NCBI GenBank assembly: GCA_043766915.1 | Contig: JAYUHO010000302.1 | Location: 1 to 52,551 of the forward strand | Direction of reading: 5' to 3' | From: Cypionkella sp. | GTDB taxonomy: Bacteria; Pseudomonadota; Alphaproteobacteria; Rhodobacterales; Rhodobacteraceae | DNA length: 52,551 nucleotides | Shown: positions 29,570 through 38,845 of the stretch, piece after piece | Layout of the letters: each line of letters begins with the position of its first letter | Position numbering within the stretch: the stretch's first letter is position 1 | Position numbers and translations under genes: made by a program | Notes under the pieces: model-generated | Seen by the model: only the letters and a program-made list of their open reading frames with translations | Told to the model about the DNA's origin: nothing | Databases searched by the model: none

Positions 29570-30664
29570 CTAATCCTGGCCATTGTCATCGTCATTGCCG
29601 GAGTTTTCAAGCGCAGCCACCCGCGCGGCAAGCCGTGGCAGGCGGCGCAGGGCTTTTTGCATTTCAACATGGATCTCCATCTTTACTGCAGGATAGCCCA
29701 ACATCACACGTCCCGATGGCACATTTGTGAACACCTTGGTCGCACCGCCGCAAATCACATCATCCCCGATGAAAATGTTGTCGTTCACGCCGCATTGCCC
29801 GCCCATCACCACCCGGTTGCCGATGCGCGCCGATCCGGCGATGCCCACCTGACCACACAGCAAGCAATCGGTGCCGACCTGCACGTTATGGCCAACATGC
29901 ACCAGATTATCCAGCTTGGTGCCCGACCCGAGCGTGGTGTTGCGGATGGTGCCGCGGTCAATCGCGCAATTGGCGCCGATTTCCACGTCATCGCCAATGG
30001 TGACAGCGCCCAGCGAATGGATGCGCGTCCAGCTTTGGGCGGTGATCGCTTCGCGCTGACCCAGGGTTTCGCGAATCTGCTCCACCCCCGATTTTTCGGG
30101 CGTCACAAAGGAAAACCCATCGGCACCGATCACAGCACCGGGTTGGCAAATGAACCGATCACCAATCACCACGCCCGCCCCAATGCGCGCGCCCTGCAAG
30201 ATCATCGCATCCGCGCCAATCAACGCGTGTTCTGCGATAGATACATGGCTGGCAATCCGCGCATTTGGCCCGATTTTTGCCCCCGCTCCGATGGTCACAA
30301 ACGGACCTATCGCGGCATTTTTCCCAAGGATCGCCGTAGGATGGACAATTGCCATCGGATGCACACCGGGGGCGATATCGGGGCCTGCGTCCAGCATCCG
30401 GCTTAGACCCGCCATTGCCAGCCGACCGCGCGGGGCAAAGACAACCGCCTGCAACCCCATGGCCCGCCAGTCGGCACCCGGCCACAGCAATGCCGCGCGT
30501 GCCTTACCTGCGGCAAGTCCGGGCGCGTATTTCGGATCCATCGCCAGCGCCAAATCATCCGGGCCAGCCGTTGCGGGTTCGGATGCGCGCGCAATCAAGA
30601 TGTCCAGATCGCCCTGCGCCTCGGCCCCCAGCGCAATGGCTATATCACGGATGGAATGGGGCAT
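29570..30664 (-). CDS. lpxD: UDP-3-O-acylglucosamine N-acyltransferase (LpxD)-like, probable paralog
   Basis: 364 aa. N-terminal LpxD-type domain, then a left-handed beta-helix with hexapeptide repeats ([38 protein letters not shown]). There is an insert ([23 protein letters not shown]) and an acidic tail NDDDNGQD. It is not in a bamA-fabZ-lpxA context. Confidence 0.8.
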   Translation of the reverse strand: MPHSIRDIAIALGAEAQGDLDILIARASEPATAGPDDLALAMDPKYAPGLAAGKARAALLWPGADWRAMGLQAVVFAPRGRLAMAGLSRMLDAGPDIAPGVHPMAIVHPTAILGKNAAIGPFVTIGAGAKIGPNARIASHVSIAEHALIGADAMILQGARIGAGVVIGDRFICQPGAVIGADGFSFVTPEKSGVEQIRETLGQREAITAQSWTRIHSLGAVTIGDDVEIGANCAIDRGTIRNTTLGSGTKLDNLVHVGHNVQVGTDCLLCGQVGIAGSARIGNRVVMGGQCGVNDNIFIGDDVICGGATKVFTNVPSGRVMLGYPAVKMEIHVEMQKALRRLPRLAARVAALENSGNDDDNGQD

Positions 30665-30718
30665 TCGGTCCTCACAGGCAGATCCACCGCCAAACGTCAG
30701 ATCGGCGTCAACACAGAA

Positions 30719-32338
30719 TTAGCCCTGAACGCCGTCCAGCACCACCCCGGCCTGCACCAGCGCGTCAAATATCCGCGCATCCCGCCCGTAAATATCGCGC
30801 CGATAGGTCATGGCGCCCTTGGGCGACGGCCAAGCGGTGAAATAGACCAAATGCACGGGCACCGGAGTATCCAATGACACCGGGCTTTCCTTATCGGTCG
30901 CAAGGTTGCTGGCAAATAGGCCTTTGGGATCATCGGTTTGCACCGCCAAAAGCGCATATGCAAAATCCATCGGATCGTTCAGGCGAATGCAGCCGTGGCT
31001 GAACGCGCGCACGTCTTTGTCGAACAGCGCCTTCGCGGGGGTGTCATGCAGATAGATGTTATAGGGGTTGGGGAACATGAACTTTACCTTGCCGAGGGCG
31101 TTGCCATCCGAAGGCGGCTGGCGCAGGCCAAAGGGAAAGCTGCTGGCTGAATAGGCTGCGAAATTCACCGCACCGCGCGGCACCACGCGACCCGCGCCAT
31201 CAATCACCTGCAGATGGCTGACCGCGTTAGAGTTGCGCTGCAACAGCGGCAGATATTCCTTAACGATGATAGAACGTGGCACCCCCCAACTGGGATTGAT
31301 CACCATGAATTCCATTTGGTCAGAAAATTCCGGCGTGCGACGATCTTCTTCGTTTGATCCGATTACCGCACGGGTTTGGAACGTGACCCGGCCACTATCA
31401 ACAATTTTAGCGGTAAAGTCGGGCTGGTTTACCCAGATATAGCGCGCGCCCAGCGGCGCGGTCCCCATCCAGCGCAAACGCTCCAGCGCCACCACCACCG
31501 ATTTCAACCGCTCTTGTGGTGCGGCGTTCAGCGCCTTGATCGTGGCCTCGCCCGCAACACCGTCGGCCACAATGCCCTGATCCAGCTGATAGCGCTGCAC
31601 CGCGCGCTGGATGGATTTATCATAGACGGCGCTGGATGATCTTTCAAGATATTCCAATTTAATCAATCGGTTGCGCATCGCAATTAACGCGTCTCCCTTA
31701 TCCCCCGGCTGCAGTTTCTCGGCGGCGATCTCTGCCCCCCAACCGCCAGCTTCGATCCGGGCCTCCAGCACGATCTTTTCCTTGATCAGCCGGGCATATT
31801 CGGGGGCTTTGGGGGCAAGATTGCGCAAAAACGCATCCGGCGCGGGGCTTGCGGCAAACTGGGCCAGCAACACCGCAGGGTCCGGGCGGATAATGTCGCG
31901 CAAAATGCCGCTATCCACCGATTTGGGCTGCAAAGCGCCAGAGCTGACGTCGCGGGCATAGGACAAGAACGCCGCCGTCATCGCCACTTCAACCCGCCCG
32001 CGGTCACCTTCAGTAACCGCCGATTGTGCCTGTTTGATCAACCCCGCCGCGTCATAGCGGGCCACCGGCAATCCATGCATCGCCGCTTCGGACAATGCAG
32101 TGATCAGGGCGGTGCGACGCGGCTGATCCTGCGGGGCGGTCCACAGCGTTTTGTAACTGGACTGGCGATAAAACGCCGCGATGTCGTCCGATTGCGCAGC
32201 CGCTTCGGCCAACGACCGGGTAAAGGCCGACGTTTGCGCCTGTGCTGCCCCGCCCATCGACAACATCACTGCAAAAGCTGCGGACGCAGACCACACAAAA
32301 CCTGCACTGCGCGACCCGGCGCTAAAACGCATTCTCAC
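30719..32338 (-). CDS. L,D-transpeptidase, YcbB/LdtD-like (PG-binding domain plus YkuD domain)
   Basis: 539 aa with a signal peptide. PG_binding-like SIQRAVQRYQLDQGIVADGVAGEATIKAL. YkuD motif YLHDTP...FSHGCIRL. Confidence 0.9.
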   Translation of the reverse strand: MRMRFSAGSRSAGFVWSASAAFAVMLSMGGAAQAQTSAFTRSLAEAAAQSDDIAAFYRQSSYKTLWTAPQDQPRRTALITALSEAAMHGLPVARYDAAGLIKQAQSAVTEGDRGRVEVAMTAAFLSYARDVSSGALQPKSVDSGILRDIIRPDPAVLLAQFAASPAPDAFLRNLAPKAPEYARLIKEKIVLEARIEAGGWGAEIAAEKLQPGDKGDALIAMRNRLIKLEYLERSSSAVYDKSIQRAVQRYQLDQGIVADGVAGEATIKALNAAPQERLKSVVVALERLRWMGTAPLGARYIWVNQPDFTAKIVDSGRVTFQTRAVIGSNEEDRRTPEFSDQMEFMVINPSWGVPRSIIVKEYLPLLQRNSNAVSHLQVIDGAGRVVPRGAVNFAAYSASSFPFGLRQPPSDGNALGKVKFMFPNPYNIYLHDTPAKALFDKDVRAFSHGCIRLNDPMDFAYALLAVQTDDPKGLFASNLATDKESPVSLDTPVPVHLVYFTAWPSPKGAMTYRRDIYGRDARIFDALVQAGVVLDGVQG

Positions 32339-32685
32339 AATATTTCCTTCGTGTCAGGCGGCATCTGCCTTTGCACAGTTCATATTTATTTCCATGAAAT
32401 TCTGGCAACTGTAAACTGATGTCAGGGGCAGGCCAAAACATGGGCTCTCTATGTGGTTTTGATTGTCTCAATTTCGCCACGAATACATAGGTGCGGAATT
32501 CCCCACTTGTCAGACCCGGATTCAGCAATTTTTCGCCTATTGGCTTTAGAGTGGTGGTTCGGCGGTCATTCTGCACTTTGGCTTCTTATTTAGCTGTGCA
32601 ATAAAGCATCAGCACTTGGGGATGAAGTGGCAGACAATCCGCCGTTAAAGGCGGTCAAAGACCAGCGACGGGACAGGCGCACAGA

Positions 32686-33255
32686 ATGGCGAATAACAGT
32701 TTTTCGGGGATCACGCGGCGTGGGCTGCTTGGTGTTTTTGCAGCTACGGCTGTGATCGCGGCACCAACACTTTCCAACGCGTTTGGTCTGTTAAAGGGTG
32801 CGGGCGATATTCGCCGCATCAAGATGTATTCGGGCCGCACGGGTGAAAGTGTGGACACGATCTACTGGATCGAAGGGGAATACATTCCAGAAGTTGTCAA
32901 AGAAATCAACCACTTCATGCGTGATTGGCGGTCTGATGCGACGGTCAAGATGGATCCTCGGAACTTTGACATTATCGCAGCGTCACATCGTTTGATGGAT
33001 GTAAACGAACCGTTTATGTTGCTGTCGGGTTATCGCAGTCCGGCCACCAACGCGATGCTGCGCTCGCAGTCGCGCGGTGTGGCGAAGAATTCATTGCACA
33101 TGAAGGGTCAGGCAGCTGACCTGCGATTGAAGTCGCGGTCGGTCGGTCAGATGGCCAAAGCAGCCGAGGCGTGTGGTGCGGGTGGTGTCGGCCATTACTA
33201 TCGGTCAAATTTTGTGCACATGGATTGCGGCCCGGTCCGCACCTGGGGCGGTTAA
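32686..33255 (+). CDS. DUF882 / peptidase M15A (YcbK/MepK-like) Tat-exported protein
   Basis: Tat motif TRRGLLGVFAA. Zinc-ligand-like SLHMKGQAADL and FVHMD. Confidence 0.88.
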   Translation: MANNSFSGITRRGLLGVFAATAVIAAPTLSNAFGLLKGAGDIRRIKMYSGRTGESVDTIYWIEGEYIPEVVKEINHFMRDWRSDATVKMDPRNFDIIAASHRLMDVNEPFMLLSGYRSPATNAMLRSQSRGVAKNSLHMKGQAADLRLKSRSVGQMAKAAEACGAGGVGHYYRSNFVHMDCGPVRTWGG

Positions 33256-33283
33256 AACAGTTCACGAAGGTTTTATGCAAAAA

Positions 33284-33310
33284 GGGCACCTCAGGGTGCC
33301 CTTTTGTATT
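33284..33310. terminator. Intrinsic terminator
   Basis: AAAAA-GGGCACC-TCAG-GGTGCCC-TTTTGTATTT. Confidence 0.75.
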
Positions 33311-33441
33311 TCGGTGCCGCCGGATTGTTTCCGATCCAAACCCAAAGCCGGTCAGGATTTGGCGGAACCATATTTATCGGACAATACGGTTGACAAAAGT
33401 AAGCAGCGGCAAAGTCCTAATCTGTTCAAACCGGAACCGCG

Positions 33442-34212
33442 TTATGCGTCGTCCTGATCTTGCCGATAATCCGGCTCCAGATCCGCAGGTTTGCCCTTGA
33501 ACCCCTGCGCCACGACAAATTTTTCCGAACTGTCCGCCCGGCTGGCCGGAGGTTTCACATTGGCGACCTTGGTAAAGCTGCGCTTTAGAATGGTCAGCAG
33601 CTCATTCTCGGCCCCGCCTGCCAGAACTTTGGCCACGAACGTGCCGCCAATTTCCAATACGTCAAAAGCGAAATAGGCCGCCGCCTCGCACAGGGCTATG
33701 ATCCGCAAGTGATCCGTGCCTTTATGACCCGACGCCGAAGCCGCCATATCCGACAGCACCACATCGGCGCGGCCCCCCAGCCAGCCTTTGACCAGCGCAT
33801 CGGCTTCATCCGACAGAAAATCCAGCTGATGGATTTGTGCGCCGGCAATCGGTTCGATCGCCTGCAAATCCACGCCCAAAACGGTGCCGATCGGCTTATT
33901 CGCCCTATCCCCCAAAGCATTCACCCGGCCCACCGCCACCTGACACCAGCCACCGGGTGCGCAGCCCAGATCAACGACCCGTGCGCCGGGTTTCAGAAAT
34001 TCGAACTTGTCGTCCAATTCCAATATCTTAAACGCCGCCCGCCCGCGATAGCCGTCTTTCTTGGCGCGGATCACGTAAGGATCGTTCAACTGCCGTTCCA
34101 GCCACAGCGTAGACGACAGCTTGCGCCCCTTGGCGGTTTTGACCCGCACCCGCAATTCTCGCTGCCCGCGACCGGAACTGCCCTTTTCAGGCGTCTTTTT
34201 ATCATTGCTCAT
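33442..34212 (-). CDS. rlmE: 23S rRNA U2552 2'-O-methyltransferase RlmE (FtsJ)
   Basis: 256 aa with [24 protein letters not shown] and [11 protein letters not shown]. Confidence 0.93.
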   Translation of the reverse strand: MSNDKKTPEKGSSGRGQRELRVRVKTAKGRKLSSTLWLERQLNDPYVIRAKKDGYRGRAAFKILELDDKFEFLKPGARVVDLGCAPGGWCQVAVGRVNALGDRANKPIGTVLGVDLQAIEPIAGAQIHQLDFLSDEADALVKGWLGGRADVVLSDMAASASGHKGTDHLRIIALCEAAAYFAFDVLEIGGTFVAKVLAGGAENELLTILKRSFTKVANVKPPASRADSSEKFVVAQGFKGKPADLEPDYRQDQDDA

Positions 34213-35351
34213 TCGAATGGCCCGTCTTCCAGAACGCCGTCCGCGCCCATCTGTGCATATAACAGCCCTTCGCGCAGGCCCCTGTCAGCTACTGACAGCC
34301 GATCCGTGGGCCATATCCGCATCAGCGCCTGAAGGATAGCCGCCCCGGACATGATCAGCGTATGACGGTCGCGGCCAATGCGCGGATCGGTGCGCCGCCC
34401 TTCCGGCCCCAAAGACAGATATTCCCGGATGACGAAATCAATCTGGTCAGATGTCATCTGCAATCCGTCCACCTTGGCGCGATCATAGCGGCGCAGATTT
34501 AAGTACGACGCGGCAACGGTGGTGACGGTGCCGGACGTTCCAATAATCTGAAACCCCGCGCGCGGTTGGGCGGCGGCGGCATAGGGTGAAAAAGACGCCA
34601 GATGTTCTTCAAAAAACCAACTCATCAAGGCAAAACGTGCGCCGTCATCTTCAACATCGGCGAACTGATCTTTCAACGTTGCCACGCCTAACGGCACTGA
34701 TATCCAATCCACCACCCGCGCGCCCCCTTCGGGCTGCGCGGCAAACCCCGAATGCAGTCGCATGATGGCGCGGGGGCGGTCTTCGGGGGCAACGGTAGAC
34801 AGATCAACCCACACAAGTTCGGTCGAGCCACCACCAATATCGACCACCAACAGCTGTTCTGTATCTGCATTGACCAAAGGCGCGCAGGAAATCACCGCCA
34901 GCCGCGCCTCTTCTTCTGATGGGATAATCTCGACATTCAGCCCGGTTTCGCGCCGCACCTGGCGCATGAATTCGCGTGCATTGCGGGCACGCCTGCACGC
35001 TTCAGTCGCCACCAGCCGCATTCGTGTTACGCCATGCTGTTCGATCTTTTTCTGGCAAATGCGCAGCGCCTGCATCGTGCGCCCCATCGAGGCCCGCGAC
35101 AGTTTGCCAGACGCTTCCAGCCCCGCGCCCAATTGGACAGTCTTCGAAAAGCTGTCAATAACCGTGAACTGACTGCCCTTTGGCTGGGCAATCAGCATCC
35201 TGCAACTGTTCGTTCCCAGATCCACAGCGGCATAAAGCCGCCCTGATCCGGGGCTGGGGGAGGCCGGCGTAACATCTGTGCGGGAAACGCCTGTCGGCAT
35301 CTCACCCGCGATAAGAATCGCGTCCACCCCCGTAGGACGCTGGGGCGTCAT
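34209..35351 (-). CDS. ppx: Exopolyphosphatase / guanosine pentaphosphate phosphohydrolase family (Ppx/GppA)
   Basis: 380 aa with [12 protein letters not shown] and [11 protein letters not shown]. Its stop overlaps the rlmE start. Confidence 0.88.
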   Translation of the reverse strand: MTPQRPTGVDAILIAGEMPTGVSRTDVTPASPSPGSGRLYAAVDLGTNSCRMLIAQPKGSQFTVIDSFSKTVQLGAGLEASGKLSRASMGRTMQALRICQKKIEQHGVTRMRLVATEACRRARNAREFMRQVRRETGLNVEIIPSEEEARLAVISCAPLVNADTEQLLVVDIGGGSTELVWVDLSTVAPEDRPRAIMRLHSGFAAQPEGGARVVDWISVPLGVATLKDQFADVEDDGARFALMSWFFEEHLASFSPYAAAAQPRAGFQIIGTSGTVTTVAASYLNLRRYDRAKVDGLQMTSDQIDFVIREYLSLGPEGRRTDPRIGRDRHTLIMSGAAILQALMRIWPTDRLSVADRGLREGLLYAQMGADGVLEDGPFE

Positions 35352-35617
35352 AGTCGCCCTCCATATTTGGTTACGCTCAAGCTAAACCTGTTCCGCCCCA
35401 CTGGCAAGCGCCCTGCCCTAGGCCATGTTCTTGCGACGCACATGCAAATGATGAAAACCTTTCCAATTCAGCCGTCTGGCTGCCCCAGCAATTTTGCGGT
35501 AAAGCAGCGGCAGGGCAGATTTGGTCGCCATCAGCGCGCGCAATGTCGAAAACCGACTCTGATTGTCGCGGATGAGCGATTAGAACAGGGGCGGACAGCC
35601 AAAAGGATTCGGGAACA

Positions 35618-35920
35618 ATGCCAGAGGTTACAGTGGTCTATTGGCGCGACATTCCGGCGCAAATAATCGTCGGCAAAGGCCGCAGCGGATCGAAGGTCAA
35701 ACTGACCGAACGCTTTGAACAGGCCATTGACCGGTGCGCGATGAAGATCGGTGCCAAGGATGCCGATGCCTATCTGGCCGAATGGCGCAAAGCCGCCCCC
35801 TATGCGGTGGAAGGGGAGCCTGACGCCGTTGCCGCCGCCGAGGCCGCACGGATTGAAGCTGAATTTGACGCTGACCGCCTGAAAACCCTGATCAACGCCG
35901 AGGGTTGGGCAAAAGCCTGA
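35618..35920 (+). CDS. Small conserved protein (remembered as the so-called virulence-factor domain family), first gene of the methyl-THF operon
   Basis: 100 aa, MPEVTVVYWRDIPAQIIVGKGRSGSKVKLTERFEQAIDRCAM. It is co-directional and closely spaced with the next two genes. Confidence 0.65.
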   Translation: MPEVTVVYWRDIPAQIIVGKGRSGSKVKLTERFEQAIDRCAMKIGAKDADAYLAEWRKAAPYAVEGEPDAVAAAEAARIEAEFDADRLKTLINAEGWAKA

Positions 35921-35944
35921 TCTTTCCACACCAAGGAGGCCCCG

Positions 35945-36862
35945 ATGGCCCTGTTCAATTTCCGCCGTGAGGCCCCTCAGTCCAATGTCGTGACCGCCGA
36001 GGTCGAAGCATTTTTGGCCGGCTATTCCATCGAAGTGATGCCGCGCACAGCGGAAAAGGTTGAAGATTTCCGCGCCCTGCTGCCGCGCGGCACCCGCGTC
36101 TATATCGCCCATATCGAAGGCACACCGATCACCGAAATGGTCGCCACCGCCAAACGTCTGGCGGCCGATGGCTATGACGTGATGCCGCATTTCCCGGCGC
36201 GCATCATCCCTGATCGGGCCACACTGGCCGACTGGATCGCGCGCTATCAGGGCGAGGCAGGGGTGAAACAGGCGCTGCTGCTGGGTGGGGGAGTGAACAC
36301 TCCTGCGGGTGATTTTGATGCCTCGATGCAACTGATCGAAACCGGGTTGTTCGATGGATTTGATCGCCTGCATGTCGCGGGCCACCCCGAAGGCAACAAA
36401 GACATCGACAAAGACGGCGGGGATCGGATTATCTTGCAGGCGTTGCGCTGGAAACAGGCGTTTTCCGAACGCTCGGACGCCAAGATGGCGATCACAACGC
36501 AGTTTTGCTTTGAATCCGGCCCCGTGATCGCCTGGGCGAACCGTCTGGCTGCCGAAGGCATTCATTTGCCCATCCATATCGGTGTGGCGGGCCCGGCCAA
36601 GCTACAAACCCTGATCAAATTCGCCATAGCCTGCGGCGTCGGCCCATCCCTGCGCGTGTTGCAAAAGCGCGCTATGGATGTGACCAAACTGCTGTTGCCC
36701 TACGAGCCGACGGATCTGATCACCGCTTTGGCCGCCCACAAAGCCGCCAATCCCGCTTTTGGCATTGAACGGGTTCACTTCTTTCCCTTGGGCGGCATCA
36801 AAACCAACGCCACTTGGGCAATTGACAATGGCGGCGCGTCTGGCGTGCCCGCAAACTCTTAA
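35945..36862 (+). CDS. Methylenetetrahydrofolate reductase family protein
   Basis: 305 aa, MetF-like (YSIEVMPRT..., HVAGHPEG, FCFE). Confidence 0.85.
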   Translation: MALFNFRREAPQSNVVTAEVEAFLAGYSIEVMPRTAEKVEDFRALLPRGTRVYIAHIEGTPITEMVATAKRLAADGYDVMPHFPARIIPDRATLADWIARYQGEAGVKQALLLGGGVNTPAGDFDASMQLIETGLFDGFDRLHVAGHPEGNKDIDKDGGDRIILQALRWKQAFSERSDAKMAITTQFCFESGPVIAWANRLAAEGIHLPIHIGVAGPAKLQTLIKFAIACGVGPSLRVLQKRAMDVTKLLLPYEPTDLITALAAHKAANPAFGIERVHFFPLGGIKTNATWAIDNGGASGVPANS

Positions 36863-36877
36863 GAAAGCAGTTTAACT

Positions 36878-37858
36878 ATGACCCGCACCATTATTGAATC
36901 TAAAACAAAAACTGTGATCATCGGATTTGATGAACCCTTCTGCGTGATCGGCGAACGTATCAACCCCACCGGGCGCAAAAAGCTGGCGGCGGAACTGGAG
37001 GCGGGCAATTTCGAAACCGTTTTGCGGGATGCGCTGGAACAGGTGGCCTGCGGGGCCAATGTGCTGGACGTCAATTCAGGAGCGGTCTTTACCAATAAAA
37101 TGGCGTCCGATCCGCGCTATGCCGATAACAACTTTGTCGAACCACCGCTGATGCGCGAATTAATCCTTCGCATCCAAGAGGTTGTCGATGTGCCCTTGTG
37201 CATCGACAGCTCTGTTCCCGGCGCACTTGAGGCAGGACTGATCGCCTGCGAAGGCCGCCCCTTGCTGAATTCGGTGACGGGCGAAGAAGAGCGGATGGAA
37301 CTGGTTCTGCCGCTGGTCAAGAAATTCAACGTGCCGGTGGTGGCGATTTCCAACGATGATACTGGCATCAGCGAAGACCCCGACGTGCGCTTTGCAGTGG
37401 CCAAGAAAATCGTACAACGCGCGGCCGATTTTGGCATCCCGGCGCATGATATCGTGGTTGATCCCCTGGTGATGCCAATCGGCGCGATGGGATCAGCGGG
37501 CCAGCAGGTGTTCGCACTTGTGCGGCGTCTGCGTGAGGAACTGGGCGTCAATACGACGTGTGGCGCGTCGAACATCTCCTTCGGTCTGCCCCAACGCCAC
37601 GGCATCAACGCGGCCTTCCTGCCGATGGCCATCGGTGCGGGGATGACATCTGCCATCATGAACCCGGTGCGTCAGGTCGAAATGGAAGCAATCCGGGCGG
37701 CGAATTTCCTGATGAACCATGATGCCAATGGCGGCGAATGGATCAGATTTGCCAAGGTGATCGAAGCGGTCGCAGCAGGGGCCACCTTTGCCGAAGCATC
37801 CGCCGCTGCGTCCCAAGCCACGTCTGGTCGGCGGGGCGGACGCCGCGCGCGGGGGTAA
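36878..37858 (+). CDS. Pterin-binding (DHPS-like) methyltetrahydrofolate:corrinoid methyltransferase
   Basis: 326 aa with VIGERINPTGRKKLAAEL, LDVNSG, CIDSS, LNSVTGEE and GASNISFGLPQR. Confidence 0.88.
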   Translation: MTRTIIESKTKTVIIGFDEPFCVIGERINPTGRKKLAAELEAGNFETVLRDALEQVACGANVLDVNSGAVFTNKMASDPRYADNNFVEPPLMRELILRIQEVVDVPLCIDSSVPGALEAGLIACEGRPLLNSVTGEEERMELVLPLVKKFNVPVVAISNDDTGISEDPDVRFAVAKKIVQRAADFGIPAHDIVVDPLVMPIGAMGSAGQQVFALVRRLREELGVNTTCGASNISFGLPQRHGINAAFLPMAIGAGMTSAIMNPVRQVEMEAIRAANFLMNHDANGGEWIRFAKVIEAVAAGATFAEASAAASQATSGRRGGRRARG

Positions 37859-37867
37859 ATCACGACG

Positions 37868-37961
37868 ATTTATCTAAAATTTGGCTTTTTCTGTTCAAAA
37901 ATATCCCACGGGGGAAGCTGCAATCGTTTTTGCGATTGCGGCTCGGGGGTGTGAAACCCCC
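37868..37961 (-). repeat. Family-1 modular intergenic repeat, copy 4
   Basis: Reverse complement: GGGGGTTTCACACCCCC, then a GCAATCG/CGATTGC hairpin, then CCCCCGTGGGATATTTTTGAACAGAAAAAGCCAAATTTTAGATAAAT. A 1-nt deletion makes the spacer 16 nt. Confidence 0.85.
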
Positions 37962-37993
37962 GCCTGCGCAGCGGCAGCGCGATCACAAAAAAT

Positions 37994-38203
37994 CTAACGC
38001 AACCGCTTTGCCAAGTTCGCCGCCTGTCGCGCGCGTTTGGCCGCCTGCGCTGCATCCACTGAAACGGTTTGATCTTCGGGCGTTCCTGCGTCCGCCGAAC
38101 GCCCCCGCCGCGCAACCATGCCAAAGCCCTTGTTCACCGCGCCATTGATCAGCTTTCGCAGCACGGTGTTGATGATCATCTGGATTATTCTGCCGATATC
38201 CAT
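37994..38203 (-). CDS. Small hypothetical protein downstream of scpB
   Basis: 69 aa. The ATG lies 3 nt after the scpB stop. Hydrophobic N-terminal helix MDIGRIIQMIINTVL and basic C-terminus. Confidence 0.45.
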   Translation of the reverse strand: MDIGRIIQMIINTVLRKLINGAVNKGFGMVARRGRSADAGTPEDQTVSVDAAQAAKRARQAANLAKRLR

Positions 38204-38206
38204 TTG

Positions 38207-38845
38207 TTAATCCTCAAATAATTCACTTTGTCCGGTCTGGGCCTCGTCCTCATCCGGCCCTGATGCCATGGCCCCCGGCAACGGCCTGCTGTCCAGCAAC
38301 CCGGCCTGCCGCAACTCTTTCAGGCCCGGCAAGTCGCGGGCAGATTCCAGCCCGAAATGGTCCAGAAAATGCTCGGTCACCACAAACGTCACCGGGCGTC
38401 CCGGCGTCATCCGGCGCCGTCCCAGTCTGATCCAGTCCAGTTCCAGCAATTGATCCACAGTGCCCCGGCTGACGGCAACGCCGCGGATTTCTTCGATTTC
38501 GGCGCGGGTAACGGGTTGATGATAGGCCACAATCGCCAGCGTTTCGATGGCCGCGCGCGACAGTTTACGCTGCTCGGCGGTTTCTTTTTGCATCAAATGC
38601 CCCAGATCGGCGGCGGTGCGAAACGCATAGGCATCGCCCACCCGCACCATCTGCACCCCCCGCCCGTCATAACGGCGGCGCAGCGTGATCAGCGCCTCGG
38701 CAGGGTCCGCCCCATGGGGCATCCGGTTGATCAGGTCCGCAAGGGTGACCGGGGCGGCAGATGCAAACAAGATCGCCTCGACCATACGTTCCTGCTCGCC
38801 CATCGGCGGGGCTTCGAACAGAGATTTCTCGACAGGGTCGCTCAT
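38207..38845 (-). CDS. scpB: Segregation and condensation protein B
   Basis: 212 aa with VEAILFASAAPVTL and LETLAIVAYHQPVTRAEIEEIRGV. ATGA overlap with scpA. Confidence 0.92.
   Translation of the reverse strand: MSDPVEKSLFEAPPMGEQERMVEAILFASAAPVTLADLINRMPHGADPAEALITLRRRYDGRGVQMVRVGDAYAFRTAADLGHLMQKETAEQRKLSRAAIETLAIVAYHQPVTRAEIEEIRGVAVSRGTVDQLLELDWIRLGRRRMTPGRPVTFVVTEHFLDHFGLESARDLPGLKELRQAGLLDSRPLPGAMASGPDEDEAQTGQSELFED

Noticed and set aside
33311-33441. Possible sRNA or promoter (TTGACA at ~33393) in the 130-bp stretch between the 33284-33310 terminator and the rlmE stop.
   Set aside because: No acceptable -10 lies at 16-18 nt spacing, and there is no terminator or conserved structure. 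The evidence is insufficient.
35352-35617. A cobalamin or SAM riboswitch in the 266-bp leader of the methyl-THF operon (GCTGCCCCAGCAATTTTGCGGTAAAG vaguely recalls the cobalamin core).
   Set aside because: No B12 box (AGYCMGGAGACCKGCC-like) or SAM-II pseudoknot elements could be found. The resemblance is limited to a few nucleotides.
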